Shown here: in pieces, positions 27,401 to 43,116 of the stretch | Layout: every line of letters begins with the position of its first letter | Numbering within the stretch: position 1 is the first letter of the stretch | Assembly: GCA_951406725.2 (NCBI GenBank) | Contig: OX597814.1 | Coordinates: 225,628,980 to 225,692,979, forward strand | Reading direction: 5' to 3' | DNA length: 64,000 nt | Source of the DNA: Octopus vulgaris | Lineage: Eukaryota | Translations under genes and position numbers: made by a program | The notes under the pieces: generated by a model | Told to the model about the DNA's origin: nothing | Database searches by the model: none | Seen by the model: only the letters and a program-made list of their open reading frames with translations

Positions 27401-30400
27401 ATGCAAAATGATGAAAATATAGAAATATTGAAGAACAAGGAAACATACGTAAGAAGAATGCAAGATTACTATATTCATTACATGAAATATCAGTAAAGTT
27501 CAAGGGCTTCAGTTAAAGGACACTTAGTGTCATCCGATGGATGATGAGCCTTTGTGCCTGAAATTATAAAAGTTACTAAACTTTTCCCTTTACGCATTGT
27601 AAGAAACTCCCCATCTTCACCATTTTGTTATTTTATTATTTGTTTGTTTATAAGGTATCAAGCTGGCAGAGTCGTTAGCATGCTGGCTGAAATGCTAAGC
27701 GGTATGTCGCCTGTCGCTACATTCTGAGTTCAAATTCCACCAAGGTCGGCTTTGCCTTTCATCCTTTCAGGGTTGATGAATTAAGTACCAGTGAATCTGT
27801 CAACATCAATGGAATTTGTAGCTGTGATACCAGAGCCGGTGGCACGTAAGAGAACCATCCGAATGTGGCCGTAGCCAGCGCCGCCCAACTGGCATCTGTG
27901 CTGGTGGCACGTAAAAAGCACCATCCGATCATGGCCGTTTGCCAGCCTCGTCTGACACCTGTACCGGTGGCACGTAAAAAGCACCCACTACACTCACGGA
28001 GTGGTTGGCGTTAGGAAGGGCATCCAGCTGTAGAAACACTGCCAGATCAGACTGGAGCCTGGTGCAGCCTTCTGGCTTCCCAGACCCCAGTTGAACCGTC
28101 CAACCCATGCCAGCATGGAAAGCGGACGTTAAACGATGATGATGATGATGATGATGATGAGACACTGGGGTTGATGTAATCAGCTCATCCCCTCCCCACA
28201 AATTTCAGGACTTGTGCCTTTAGCAGAAAGGATTATTATAAAAGGCAGTGAGCTGCCAGAATGGTTAGCACGTTGGACAAAATGCTTAGAGGTATTTTGC
28301 TCTTTGCTACGTTCCGAGTTCAAATTCCGCCAAGGTCAACTTTGCCTTTCATCCTTTCGGAGTTAATAAATTAAGTACCCGTGGAACACTGGGGTTGATG
28401 TAATCGACTAGGCCCTCCCACCAAATTTTGGGCCTCGTGCCATTAGTAAAAAGGATCCTTTGTTTGTTTTCTTCTTTTTTAGTACTACTGCTCGTATCCC
28501 TACTGCAACAGCCTCTGCTCCCCTGAACTAGTTGTTAGTATAACCACACCACTTAGGCTCAGCTGCATACTCTTACCAGACAGATCTAGCTACACACCAT
28601 CTTCAACCTAATCTTAGCTGTATACCTTCATTACCAAGACCTAGCTATATACCCTAACTAATCCAGGATTAGTAATATATCCTCACCTGCTAAGCCTAGC
28701 TACATACACTCTTAACCCTCACCGTCCAGATTTAGCAGCATATCCTTTCTACCCAGGCTTAACTTCATACCCTTAAACCCATCACTGTCTTGAAAGAAGA
28801 CAGTTAATCTCTTCAAGAATATGTACACTTTACCTTTATCAGGTAACTTTTTTTGCAGAAAAGAATCATCAAGCTAAGTAAAATTGCTGTCTTCCACAGA
28901 CAGAGGCTTGCCTGTGCCACTTAAGAAGCATCTGCGCTGGTGCTGCACAAATGCACCCATGCCAGTGGCATGTAAAAACTACTGTTAACCCTTTTGTTAC
29001 TGTATTTATTTGGAGATGCTCTGTGTTTCTTTCAATTACTTTAAATATAACAAAAATTTAGTAAAATAACTTAGTCATCATTCAGCTAGTGTTAGGAACA
29101 TAAATTGTGACTAAGGTTTAGTGGAAGATTTTAATTCAGAACTTATGAAAACAAGACATTTGTAGTCAGAGCCAGAGCTGGTTTCAGCTGGGTTGGTAAC
29201 GAAAGGGTTACGAGGTTGGCAAAAGGAAGGGCGTCCAACCATAGAAATCATGCCACAACAGACAACTGGAATCTGGACAACTCCCAGCTGGCCAGCTCCA
29301 TTTCAAACCATCCAGCCTACGCCAGCATGGAAAATGGATGTTAAACAATGATGATGATGATGATGATGAATATCTTTAATTCAAGTAGGCAGTGATGTAC
29401 TGAGTGATATAGTTTCCCTTTTTACTTGTTTCAGCTGTTGGACTGTGACCATGCTGGGTACAGCCTTGAAGGGTTTAGTTGAACAAATTGACCCCAGTAC
29501 TGATTTTTTTTTTCTAAGCTTGCTCTACTCTAAACCCCTTCTCTTATAATTTTACCCATTTTTTGCTCCTCATGCCCTCGGATAAATTTGCTTTCATGGG
29601 GTTCATAGTTTTAAAAACTGTGACGGCCTCACTAGCCCTAGTGGCATGGAAAAGGCATCCTGTACATACTATAAAGTGGTTTGCATTAGGAAGGGTATCC
29701 AACCATAGAAACTATGCCTAATCACACACAAGAGTATAATGCAGTCCTTAGGCCCATCAGATACTGTTAAATCAGCTAACTCTTATCAGCACCTCATCCG
29801 ACGACAGGCACCCATGCCAACCTCCCTTCATTGGACACTAAACTCTGCTTGCAAAGACCTGTTGGGGCAAGTGAAATCGGAATCGAAATTGAACCAATCC
29901 TATGACTGGCACCCGGCAGTTGCCAGGACCGCTGGACTGACTCCTGTGCAGGTGGCAAGTGAAGAAACATCATTTCGAACCTGTGCTTGAGGAGATCCAT
30001 TGAGTCAAGGACACCAACATCAAAATCAATGGAAACTGCAGTTGTGATCTCTGTGCTGGTGGCACGTAAAAAGCACCATCTGAACGTGGCCGATGCCAGC
30101 GCCACCTTGACTGGCTTCCGTGCTGGTGGCACGTAAAAAGCACTATCTGAAGCGTGGCCGATGCCAGCGCCACCTTGACTCGCTTCCGTGCTGGTGGCAC
30201 GTAAAAAGCACTATCTGAAGCGTGGCCGATGCCAGCGCCACCTTGACTCGCTTCCATGCCGGTGGCACATAAAATGCACCAATCCGATCGTGGCCATTGC
30301 CAGCCTCGCCTGGCACCTGTGCAGGCGGCACATAAAAAGCACCCACTACACTCACAGAGTGGTTGGCATTAGGAAGGGCATCTAACTGTCAGATCAGACT

Positions 30401-30909
30401 GGGCCTGGTGCAGCCTTTTGGCTTCCCAGACCGCAGTTGAACCGTCCAACCCATGCTAGCATGGAGAACAGACGTTAAACAATGATGATGATCATCATCA
30501 TCATCCTTGTCCTCATTTAACATCTAGTTTTCATTCTGGTATGGGTTGGATGGTTTGACAGGATCCAGCGAACTGTAAGGAAATAATGTGGTCAGGGATG
30601 ATAATGAGAAATGAAAGCGATTCTAGAGATGCAAGGATGTACTATGTGCCTTAATCACCCTACTCTTTAAACTGGTGTGCTTACTAGCTGTACTATCCAC
30701 ACTCTTTACTCTGTACTCTTTTACTTGTTTCAGTCATTTGACTGCGGCCATGCTGGAGCACCGCCTTTAATCGAGCAACTCGACCCCAGGACTTATTCTT
30801 TTGTAAGCCCAGTACTTATTCTATTGGTCTCTTTTGCCGAACCGCTAAGTAACGGGGACATAAACACACTAGCATCGGTTGTCAAGCAATGCTAGGGGGA
30901 CAAACACAG

Positions 30910-30946
<37 letters not shown>

Positions 30947-31349
30947 CACGACGGGCTTCTTTCAGTTTCCGTCTACCAAATCCACTCACAAGGCTTTGGT
31001 CGGCCTGAGGCTATAGTAGAAGACACTTGCCCAAGGTGCCACGCAGTGGGACTGAACTCGGAACCATGTGGTTGGTAAACAAGCTACTTACCACACAGCC
31101 ACTCCTGCGCCTGTAATTAATCATACAAGAAAAATGTTATGAAAGCCCCTGGCAATCTATGCAATGGATGATCCCAGCCCCTCTGCATTGTTGAATGATT
31201 AATACAGAGTAAGGTATCCGGCCGGAAAACAATTTCATTAATAATTAAAAAACATACCAACAAAGCAATCTAACTGATTTTAATAATAAAACAACGCACA
31301 CACAAACACGCATACACAGATACATATACACAGATATATATACATACAG

Positions 31350-31380
<31 letters not shown>

Positions 31381-31517
31381 CATGCATACACACACAAACA
31401 CGCATACACAGATACATATACACAGATACACATACATACAGATATATATGCATACACAGATACATATACACAGATATACATACATACAGATATATATACA
31501 CAGATATACATACATAC

Positions 31518-31572
<55 letters not shown>

Positions 31573-31643
31573 CATATACATGCATACACACACATACAAA
31601 CACGCATACACAGATACATATACACAGATATATATATACATAC

Positions 31644-31686
<43 letters not shown>

Positions 31687-34600
31687 CATGCATACACACA
31701 CAAACACGCATACACAGATACATATACACAGATACACATACATACAGATATATATGCATACACAGATACATATACACAGATATACATACATACAGATATA
31801 TATATATATACATGCATATACACACACACACACAAACACACAGACACAGATACATATATACAGATATATATACATACAGATATATATATACATATACATG
31901 CATACACACAGACACAAACACGCATACACAGATACATATACACAGATATATATACATACAGATATACACATGCATACACACACATATATATATAGCAAAG
32001 ATATTATAAATACAGGCTTTTGCACCAACAAAAAGGAGAAAAATCACAGAGATTACTTGTTTAAACAATCAGGGTCAGTTCTCGATATACAAATCAGAGG
32101 TAAAACTCAATAGGCTATGAGTCAATGATGGTGACTGTACATGGTCACTTGCCAAGCAAGAAATAGCACCTAAATCTCCCTCAACGCACATCCTATTACC
32201 TTTAAAAAGAGCACTTGTTACACTAAATTAAAGGGTAGTCATACCTGCCTTTGATAATAGGCCTACTTTAACATGATTGATCTGAGATTAAAAAACAACA
32301 CCTCTAAAGGCTACAACTAAGGTTTTATAACAACACAAGCCCTAAGTACAATAAGCAGAATGAACCAGTGGCTCTCAACCTGGGTCCTTATGACTCTTGG
32401 AGATCTATATAAGATTTTGTTGTTAAAATTCATCTGCAATGAATTGGTTTACACTTCTACAATACACAAATTTTTTTTTAAATTTTGCTTATCCATCATC
32501 ACCATCACCATCATCATCATTTAATGTCTGCTTTCCCTGCTGGTATGGGTTATACAGTTTGACTGGAACTGATAAGCCAGAGAGCTGTACCATGTTCCAG
32601 TCTGATTTGGCATGATTTCTACAGCTGGATGCCCTTCCTAATACCAACCACTCTGAGAGTGTAATAGGTACTTAATTACAAAAATATATCAATTTTTAAA
32701 TATCAAATGGCTTGCAGATTCCATCTGAGTAAAATAGGAATGAAAGGGTCCATAGATAAAAAAAGAAAAAAGGTTGAAAAACACTGATCTAACCAGCCAT
32801 TCAACCTGCTAGAAACAGCAGCCAAATACTATTTCATCGTACCAAGTTATCTTGAAAAAGATAGCCACAGCTATCTTATGTCAGCTCAATAAACTTTGGT
32901 CCAAGGTTAAATCATAAACAAAGAATAGAAGCACCAGGCTATGACAACACCTGAAAGCAACCCAGAATCAAACATTCTGGCGCAGGAGTGGCTGTGTGGT
33001 AAGTAGCTTGCTTACCAACCACATGGTTCTGGGTTCAGTTCCACTGTGTGGCACCTTGGACAAGTGTCTTCTACTATAGCCTCAGGCTGACCAAACTCCA
33101 TAGTATATATATGTTTGTGTGTCTGTTGTGTTTGTCCCCCCAACATCGCTTGACAACCAATGCTGGTGTGTTTATGTCCCCATAACTTAGCGGTTCAGCA
33201 AAAGACTGATAGAATAAGTACTAGGCTTACAACGAATAAGTCCTGGCGTCGATTTGCTCGACTAAAGGTGGTGCTCCAGCATGGCCACAGTCACATGACT
33301 AAAACAAGTAAAAGAGCAATATGTAGTTCTAGTGTCTCACAGGTAGATACTCTTGGCAGAGTACATGTGGATAAAAAACAGCATCATCATCATCATTGTT
33401 TTGATGGCCACTTCTGTATGCCCACATAAAATTTGTTGTGGCAGATTTTCAATGGCCAGATGCCCTTCTTGTCACCAACACTCACCTACTTCCAAGTAAG
33501 AAATTATTTCCGCATGGTTAAGCATGACTGGAAATGAAGGACATTTGCTTGCATGATGGTAACACTTGCTTACAACTAGCATATGATGCCATGGCACAGA
33601 AACAGTAACACATACACACACACATTCATCCCCACTTAAAGATGGTTGTTCTGTTAGAACAAATTATACTGTGGTAAATACAAAGAGAGGAACTCTCATA
33701 TTGGTTTTTGGTGCAAAATGCACTCTTGTTTATATTGCTAGCAGGGAGATATAATAATAATAATAATAATAATGAAATTATTGTATACAGTGCTCAGGTG
33801 CACAACAACTTGTCAAAAGTGTGTATAAAGCATATGCAGTAATGTACAAATGTCTGGGGAGTGAACAGTGTATGAGTCAGATAAATGTTTGCATGTGCAC
33901 GGAGGGGAGAAAATCAGGTGTAGTGTTGGCGAATCTCAGGAAGCATGGAAGTTTTGAAGGATGCAGTGCTCCGACAACTAACAGCTGATGCCGGCAGTTT
34001 GTTCTCTTAGCACGAAAAAATGTTTCTGAAAGTCATGGGAGCTGCTGTGCTGCTTTCTGACTTTGTAAACATGTCCACGGGTGTAAATCCCTGCCATCTC
34101 CAGAGCCGAGACCAGCAGATCACATAATTTCAACCTTCCTTGGTCTTATCAGTGATGGATGCTCAACTGCTATATATTTATATATACATATGAAAATGTT
34201 CTTTCAGTCTCCATTTACCAAATTCACTCACTAAGCTTTTAGTTGGCCTAGGGCTATAGAAGAAGATACTTGCCCAATCTGACGAACATAAAAGACATCG
34301 ACCACTGCACACTGGAGACACACAGCTGCACATGTGATGCGAACTGATGACACACGCTAGGTGAAGAATGCTGTCTGCTGGCCGGGATTCTGTGTCCCAC
34401 ATCACCTGATCAAGCAGATCTGTGATCAGAGACATTCCAACTACAACTATCCCATTTGTTTTTCAGGAAGTATTTCTACCGCTCAGTGGTTACTGTGTCA
34501 GGCTCAGAATCATGAGGTAGTGATTTCGATTCTTGCACTAGGCTGTGTTTTGTGTTCTTGAGGAAGACACATTATTAAACATTGCTCCAGTTCACTCAAC

Positions 34601-37600
34601 TGTAGAAATGAGTTGCGACATCACTGGTGCCAAGCTGTATTGGCCTTTGCCTTTCCCTTGGTGTGAACAGGGGAGGTTGGTATGCATGGGCAATTGCCGA
34701 CCTTCCACAAACAACCTTGCCCAGACTTGTGCCTCAGAGGGGAAATTCCTAGGTGCAATCCCATGGTCATTCATGACTGAGGGGGGTCTTTACCCTATTT
34801 ACCCTTCCTAGAACTACATTATCCAATATCTCCTTTTTTTTTATGACAATAGGATACGAGTTGCTAGAGACCTAACTGCTAGTTCTTGTAAGTCAAGCTA
34901 CCATGTAGAGGTTTTTTTCATTAGCTTGTGTGTTCACATGGAATTAAACCCATGACAAGAGATAATCAAGAAGAACATGGTAAGGTTAGCTGCCAGGATG
35001 TGGGTTTCACAAATAAGAGCCACTTCATTGAAAGGAGCTTTATGTTGTGTTGTAAAACCATTCAACCAATGTTAGCATAATAAAACAGAGATTAAAGCTG
35101 TGGTGGTGGTGGTGGAAATGGCAGCAATGATGATGATGGTGATAATAAAGACAACAATGATGATGGTTGTGGTGGTGGTGGTGATGCTGTTGATTGTCCA
35201 ATAAACTGAAGCACTTAAAGCTGGCATGGTACCAGTTGTCCAGTCGCTCAAACCAAAGTGATTTGGCATAAGACGATGGAAATGGAGATTTGTAACTGGG
35301 TTTGAACTCAGACACAGAATTCATTGGACTACATTGTTGCCCTTGGTTACGACAAGTTAAGTCAGCTCCAGCCACTTGAGAGAACATTATTTACAACGGA
35401 ATGAAAGGCAAAAACATAAACCTCCCTCTCACCTCGGCAACCAGTCCAAGGTCTCCTTTCTCCTGGACGTCATTCTTTATCTTATCCACACTGCGTCCTA
35501 AATAAAAGAACAAGAATTAACATTAAAAAGCAGCAGACAGGAGTAATAATCAAAAGGAGGAGGAGGAGGACAGAAAACTACCACTATTACTGCTACTACT
35601 ACTACTAAGTAGAATAACAATGAATAGAAAAATGTCGCCATCATTATTAGAAAATAGTCATAATTTTCTACTGAGATAATCCAAGTTAATATACGAGGCT
35701 TATAGTGTTTTAGACAATAAACTACTTATGGTGCACAATTTGCTAAGGTGGTGGTGGTCTTCGTTGTCATCATCATCATCATCATCATCATGTAATGTCC
35801 ACTTTTCCCATCTTGCATGAGTCAGATGGAGTTTATTTGCAGTAAATTTTCCATGGTCAGACACTGTTCCTGTAGCCAATCCTCACCCGTTTTCAAGCGA
35901 AATAATATTTGCCAATTGCTAGAGATGCCCTTTTGCAGGACATTGGAAATGTGACAGTGACACTTGTTCACAACAATCACAAAACATCAAAACAAGGAGG
36001 CACACACACACACACACACATAAAACAGGCTTCTTTCAGTTTCTATCCACAAAATCTACTTCCAAGGCTTTGGTTGGCCCAAGGTTACAGTAGAAGACAA
36101 CTGCTCAAGGTACTACACCATGGAATTAAACCTAGGACCATATGGTTGGGAAGCAAAATTCTTACTATACAACCATGCTTGCATCTAAAGAGAGAACTGT
36201 AAATTAAACTTAATGGTGGGGGGCTGGGGGAAGGGGAGGTAGACGAGGGGAAAGGGCTGGAGGAGGTCCACAACATTTTGCTTTGGGCATGAAGCTGGAT
36301 GAATCACAGCCAGTACTTGTAGCTCTTTATTTATTTATCCATTCATTTTGATTCTACTAAGATGAAAGACAACACTGACTCTAGCAGGATTCGAACGCAT
36401 AATCTAGAAGACAATTTCCTTTCCTGTATCTGCAACGGCCTCTACTCTCCTCATCTATCTGCATATCCTCTCCACCACATTCACCCATCCAATCTGCTTC
36501 TCTTCCTCTTCATGTCAACTTCAAAGTGTCTCACTTTCAAGACACCACGTAAAATACTTTCACAGTTTTTTATTTTCCGGGAATGTCTGTAGCGGGGGTG
36601 GTTGCTCTGAGAGAGTAAGCAGCTAGAATAAAGAGTAGTCTGGGCAAAGTTCAGAGAGCTCCTACTTCTGCTGGCAACTAAGGGGCTCTCGCTCAGGATG
36701 AAAGGCAGACTGTATGATGCATGTGTGTGAACTGCCATGCTACACGGCAGTGAAACATGGGCCGTGACTGCTGAGGAGATGCATAGGCTTGAAAGAAATG
36801 AAACTGGTATGATCTGCAGGATGTGTAATGTCCATGTGCATACACTGACAGAGTGTAAGCGCCCTGATAGAAAAGTTGGGCATAAGAAGCATCAAATGTG
36901 GTGAGTAAAAGAGAGACAATTGCACTCGTATGGTCATGTGCTACATATGGATGAGGAGAGCTGTGTGAGGAGGTGCCACTCCCTAACTGTGGAGGGAACC
37001 TGTGGAAGAGGTACACCTAGGAAGACATGGGATGAAGCGGTGAAGCATGACCTTCGAACATTGGGTTTCACAGAGGTAATAACAGGAGACCGAGACTTTT
37101 GGAGATATGCTGTGATTGAGAAGACTCGGCAACTAAAGTGAGATCGCAGCCATGCATGTCCGACCCAGTTAAGAGTATCCCGGATGCGTCGAGCAATGTG
37201 ATATGCTTGAGAAGACCTGTTGAGTCAAGTAAAACCAATATCGTAGCTGTGGCCAGTACCCCTTGACTGGCTCCCATGCCGATGGCACATAAAACGCACC
37301 ATCTGAACATGGCTGATGCCAGTACCCCCAACTGGTTCCAGTGCCAGTGGCATATAAAAAGCACTATCCAAAAGTAATTGATGCCAAGTCCGCCTGACTG
37401 GCTCCTGTGCTGGTGGCACATAATAAGCACCCACTACACTCTCAGAGTGGTTGGCACTAGGAAAGGCATCCAGCTGTAGAAACCTTGCCAGATCAGATTG
37501 GAGCCTGGTGCAGCTGCTGGCTCTCCAGACCTCAGTCAAACCGTCCAGCCCATGCCAACATGGAAAATGAACGTTAAATGATGATGATGTTGATGATGAT

Positions 37601-40600
37601 AATCCTTAGGAATTCCTTTTTACCCATGCTTTTCCTACAAACATTGATCTACAAATGCTTAAGCTGAACATCAGCCACATTAATCTCACCAGTGTGGAAG
37701 GGCTTGTACTGGTCAGTAACACCTGATGCTCCTTTACTGCTAATTCATCATCATCATCTGTTAACGTCTGTTTTCCAAGCTGGCATGGGTTGGACAGCTT
37801 GACATGAGCTGGCAAGGCCAGAGGCCACACCAGGTTCTGTAGTCTGATTTTGGCTTGGTTTCTATAGCTGGATGCCCACTCTAACAGCAACCACTTCACA
37901 GAGTGTTCAAGATACAAGGTGCATTACCAGTGTTTTTTTTTTTTTTTGCACCAGTACTTTTAATGTGTCGCCAACACTAGTGCTTTTTACATGGCACCAG
38001 CACCCATGCTTTTAATGTAGCACCAAAACCTGTGCTTTTTACGTGGTACCTGTACCAGTGTTTTTAACGAGTCACTTGCATCAGTGGCTTTTAAGTGATA
38101 CAAAAACTAAAAAAAAACACTTCTTGGAAAATAGGAGCAGAACTTACCTGTGGCTTGTGCTATTGCTTTCATCAAGACCATCTCCCCAATACCAAGTTCA
38201 ATTCCTTCATAGGCTGGAGCCAATTTGTTCAGACAAAGGTACACACAACAGAGCAGGTCATCAGGTGACAGTAATATTACGGAACGAAAAAAGTTAGACA
38301 ATATTTCAATCATTTTTAACCTGTAAAAGGAAAATAACAAGCAAAATAATTATTATGCAAAATTTTTGTAATCCCAATTCAAACTATGAATAAATAATGT
38401 CATCAAATGCTATTGCCTAATCAGACTGGAATGGTGATTTAAAAAATTTTTTTCTAATAGGTGATAGGGCCATGAGGTAAAGAAATTTGCTTCCCAACTA
38501 CATGGTCTCAGGTTCATTCCTAATGTGCAGAACCTTGGACAAATGTCTTGTATTGTAAGTTCCAGGCCAACCAAAGTCGTATGGGTAGATTTAGTAGATG
38601 GAAACTGAAAGAAGCCCACTATGTGTGTGTGTACCCTTGTCTTGACATCATGTAAGCAAACATCACCATCATACAAGTGATGTTGTTTGTTTCCAATGTG
38701 CTGCGAAAAACACATCTGGCCTTGGGAAAATATTACATTGCTTGGAAACAGGAGGAGGAGGCTGATGAAAGGAAGAGCATCTGGCTGTAGGAAATCTGCT
38801 TCAGTAAACTCTGACTGACCCCATGCAAACATGGAAAAGGGTGTGTTAAATGGGGCTATGTTATCAAGGAGAATGAATGACGCAAATTAAAACCATGACG
38901 ACAAGCGTCACCCCAGCAACAACTTCCACTCATCTGCGACATCTTCACAAGGTAAGAGGGAATGCATATGGCCAAATACAAGAGTTAACAGAGCAAACAA
39001 CCAAGAGGTCAGCATATTGTGCTCTGTCACTCTAACATTTGAGATCTGTAGGTCAAAGTGCATATCTCTCAAATGTGTAATTATTATAACAAAAGTAAAT
39101 AACACTAAATGGCTGGGCCCTACAAAACCCCTGAATGAAGGATTTGATGGTATGTCTCAGAATGCTTTCCCTAATGGGAGTTGCACAATTTCCAAGTTAT
39201 AGAGACTAATTGAAGCTCTGAGACAGGAAGGCAATACTCAGGAAATGACAGCTTGTAAATAAATGAGTAAACATCTATGTGTAATCGACTTAACTGTATT
39301 CAACCTACCTGGCCAGGTGAAAGCAACACGACAAAAGATGAAAATCAATAAGAAAATCAATCTACATTCATAATATAAACCAATAATCGTTATAACATTA
39401 ATAAATTTCATCCAAATTCATGGAATTGTTACGTATTTTTATGTTTTGCACACTAGATTAACTGTATTTCATTCATCTTAAGTTTTTAACAGAACTGGCC
39501 AACTTATACAGAGAAAGCATCACAGGAGATTAAGAATTAAATGTGGTAACTCACTTCACTATTGCTTTATAATGCAGATGATATATATGAGTAACTTGTT
39601 TAAGTAAATTATTCCCTAAATTAGAAAAGTTTGTTCACAAGATTCAAGTACTGAAACTTTATGAGAATCATTTTCTGATTTGCCGACAGAGTGAAGCACA
39701 TATGTTTATTAAAAGAGATGATTCTAAAATTCAAAGGGCTAATAAAGTTATATATGTTCATTAAATTAGTTACCACTCTTCACAATATACACCTATTTTG
39801 CATATACTTCACATCATTTTGCTTTACTTAACTTTTATATACAGGAGGGAGTCATTCTGAATTTACTGTTGACAGATAAGAAGTGGGGAAAACATCCATT
39901 GTTATAAATAAAATTCTCAGCTCCAAACTTATTCCATCCTAACTTATTGAGGTAAAACAAATAATGTAAAAGTGCAACAACAATTATAATAATTATAAAA
40001 GCAACCAGTCAGTATAGGAATATTAATAGAAAAAACTTTCTTACCTTGCAGATACATTTTCAATTTCTTCAAATGTTTTTGCCAGAGCCAAATAAGGGAC
40101 CCTAAAAATGATTAAGAAATTTTGTGAAATTATAATCATTCTGAAGTGGGGGCACATAGCTTAATAAGATTGTGGTTTTCATTCCTGGACTGAGCAATTC
40201 GTTGTGTTCCTGAACAACAAACTTCATTTCACATTACTCCAGTCCAAACAGCTTGTACAAATGAGTAATCTTGTAAAAAACCGGGCATCTGGCTCTATAC
40301 TCCTTACAGAATAACATGGACTAATCACAAGTGTTCTGAGAAAAACTGAGAGAGCTTGTTGTTCAACCCTTCAGCATTCAAACAGGCTATATTAGGCCCC
40401 CAAATATTCTGCATGTTTAATGCTCAAGCTAGCCAGATCAGACCTCTTACTCTTACCTAACAATGCCAGTCTAAAAATAAACAATGACATTATATTAATC
40501 TCGACGTGACAAGATAACGTATCATCAATTCAAAGCAATATGAATAAATAAACATTATATTTGATTAATCTGGATGCTAAATCATTAAGCTAAAAGATTC

Positions 40601-41608
40601 AGTTTGATGTACATGGTTCAAATATATAATGACAAAGGATCCACATGTATATTTGTAGCAAACAACATGACCATGTGGTAAGAAGTTTGCTTTCCAAACA
40701 AATTCATTTCAAGTTTAGTCCCACGGCGAGCTACCTTAGGTAAGTATCTTCCGCTAAAGTTCCAGACCAAAACAAAGCCTTACAAGTGGATTTGATTAGT
40801 GAAACTAAGAAACCTATTGTGTGTGTGTGTGTGTGTGTATTACAAGCCAGGTGGAATCGTAGCAAATATTGGTGTCATGCAACTGGCCAGTGGCATGTAA
40901 AAACACCCACTACACTCTTGGAATGGTTGACGTTAGGAAGGGCATCCAGCTGCAGAAACCATGCCAAATCAGACTGGAGTCTGGTGCAGCCCCTCAGTTT
41001 ACCAGCCCTGGTCAAACTATCCAACCCATGCCAGCATGGACGACAGACATTAAATGACGATGATGATGATGATGATGAACTTAGAATACTTTCATGAAAT
41101 GAACAAAGATAAGGTTGTTGCTTTAGTCACACTGAAGATAAATCAGGTGGTTTTGTTGAATTAATGAGATTCAGTTGTCTTGGAGATGCTCTTTTGCACA
41201 TAATAAAAAATGCAACATTTTTAGAGAAATAAACCTGTCAAAATAAATTGCTTATACACAATAACATTGAATAAAAGGTGATCTGATGTGGTGCTTTAAC
41301 ACTTCTGTTGCCATATTTCTGTTAAAAATCCACTTCTTGTGTTTTAATTAACTTTGAAAATAATGACAACTTTAGTAAAATAATTTTTGTCTTTATTAAG
41401 CTGGAATTTGGAAGAAATAAACATAAAATTTTGATGAAAGCTTTTAACTTAGATCACTTTAACCCTTTTGTTGCCATATTGCCAATGAAATATACTATCT
41501 TTGTTTAACTTAATTTTGGAAGTATTGAAGAATTTTAACTGTCATTATTAAACAGCTATTTCAAACATAAAGATGGAATTTTGATGGAAGATTTTAATTT
41601 AAACCACT

Positions 41609-41640
<32 letters not shown>

Positions 41641-43082
41641 TTAACGTCCGTTTTCCATGCTAGCACGGGTTGGACAGTTCAACCGGGGTCTGGGAAGCCA
41701 GGAGGCTGCACCAGGTTCCAGTCTGATCTGGCAGTGTTTCTACAGCTGGATGCCCTTCCTAACGCCAACCACTCCGTGAGTGTAGTGGCTGCTTTTTACG
41801 TGCCACTGGCACAGGTGCCAGGGGAGGCTGGCAGCAGCCATGATCGGTTGGTGCTTTTTACATGCCACCAACACAGAAGCCAGTCAAGGCAGCGCTGACA
41901 TCGGCCACGTTTGGATGGTGCTTTTTACGTGCCACCGGCATAGGTATCACAACTACAATTTCCATTTGATATTTATTTTGATGTTGATGTACTTGACTCA
42001 TTAGGTCTCCTCAAGCACAGCAGGTCACCCTATGATCCAAAGTAAGCACAGCAGGTCGTTCTGCAATCCAAGGTACTTTGGATGGGCTGGGGCTATGCGA
42101 AACTTTAGAGTAAGAAATTTCTATCATAAAACTAGGAGTAGATTTCATGCTAGTTGGTATCAAAGGGGTTAAAACAGGGAATTTTTATCATAAAACTAGG
42201 GGTAGTCTCAGGCAAGATAGTATCATAAGGGATAAGCTAGCAAAGCAAACAAAACACAAAAACCTTGGAGAATGTCAGATATTTGCCAAAGTAGATCATT
42301 AATTCTCTCATATTCTATAGTTTCATAGTGTTTTTATGGGTAGCCCTATTTCAGAATGTATCAAGGACAATTCTAAGTTCATAAGGAAAACTGTATCTGT
42401 ACCAAATTCTTAACAGAACTGAGGAAAATGAGGGAATGTAACACTGGGATTTTAAGACTGTTTTAATTTGAATAGAAAGCAAATGGCTTGATGGCTTCCC
42501 TATCTAGGTTGAAATTATGTTGGGTTAACCTTGCAATTCTCAAACTTTGGAGTGGTAACATATCTGAATGAGTGAGAGGCAAAATCTAGAATGCATGATT
42601 GAATTAATTGGTATTATGTAGGGAAAAACACATTCAGATGTAAATAGAACTAGCACTATGACCCGGTGTTGCCAGGTCATAGTGCTAGTGCATGCATATA
42701 CAGCTGCGTGTGTGCGCACATACACGCGGGTACTGTCCAAATCTCTGACCAATCACATACAGCTAGCTGGCATTCAATTGGCGTATCTTATTCTTAAGGA
42801 CAGGGTATCTAGAACGTTTCGGGCATTTTGATTGAGTTTTGGATAGAAAATTCACAAAAAAGTCACTTCTATTGATTTTTTAATGGCTTTGCAAGGTGAC
42901 TGGGGAAATGTAAAGATGTGCACGACCACCCTTGGACGGTTTTGAATGACCATAGAAAGTGCGAGCGCTCTAACTGAAAAATTGTGGATTTCTGTAAAGG
43001 ACACACACACAGACAGACATTTTGCCGTTTATATATAGAGAGATTCTCTCATATTACTATACATGTATCTGCACATGTGTGC

Positions 43083-43116
<34 letters not shown>

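Noticed and set aside
31245-32113. 243-262 aa ORFs rich in Y/I/C/V/H
   Set aside because: Compound microsatellite translation.
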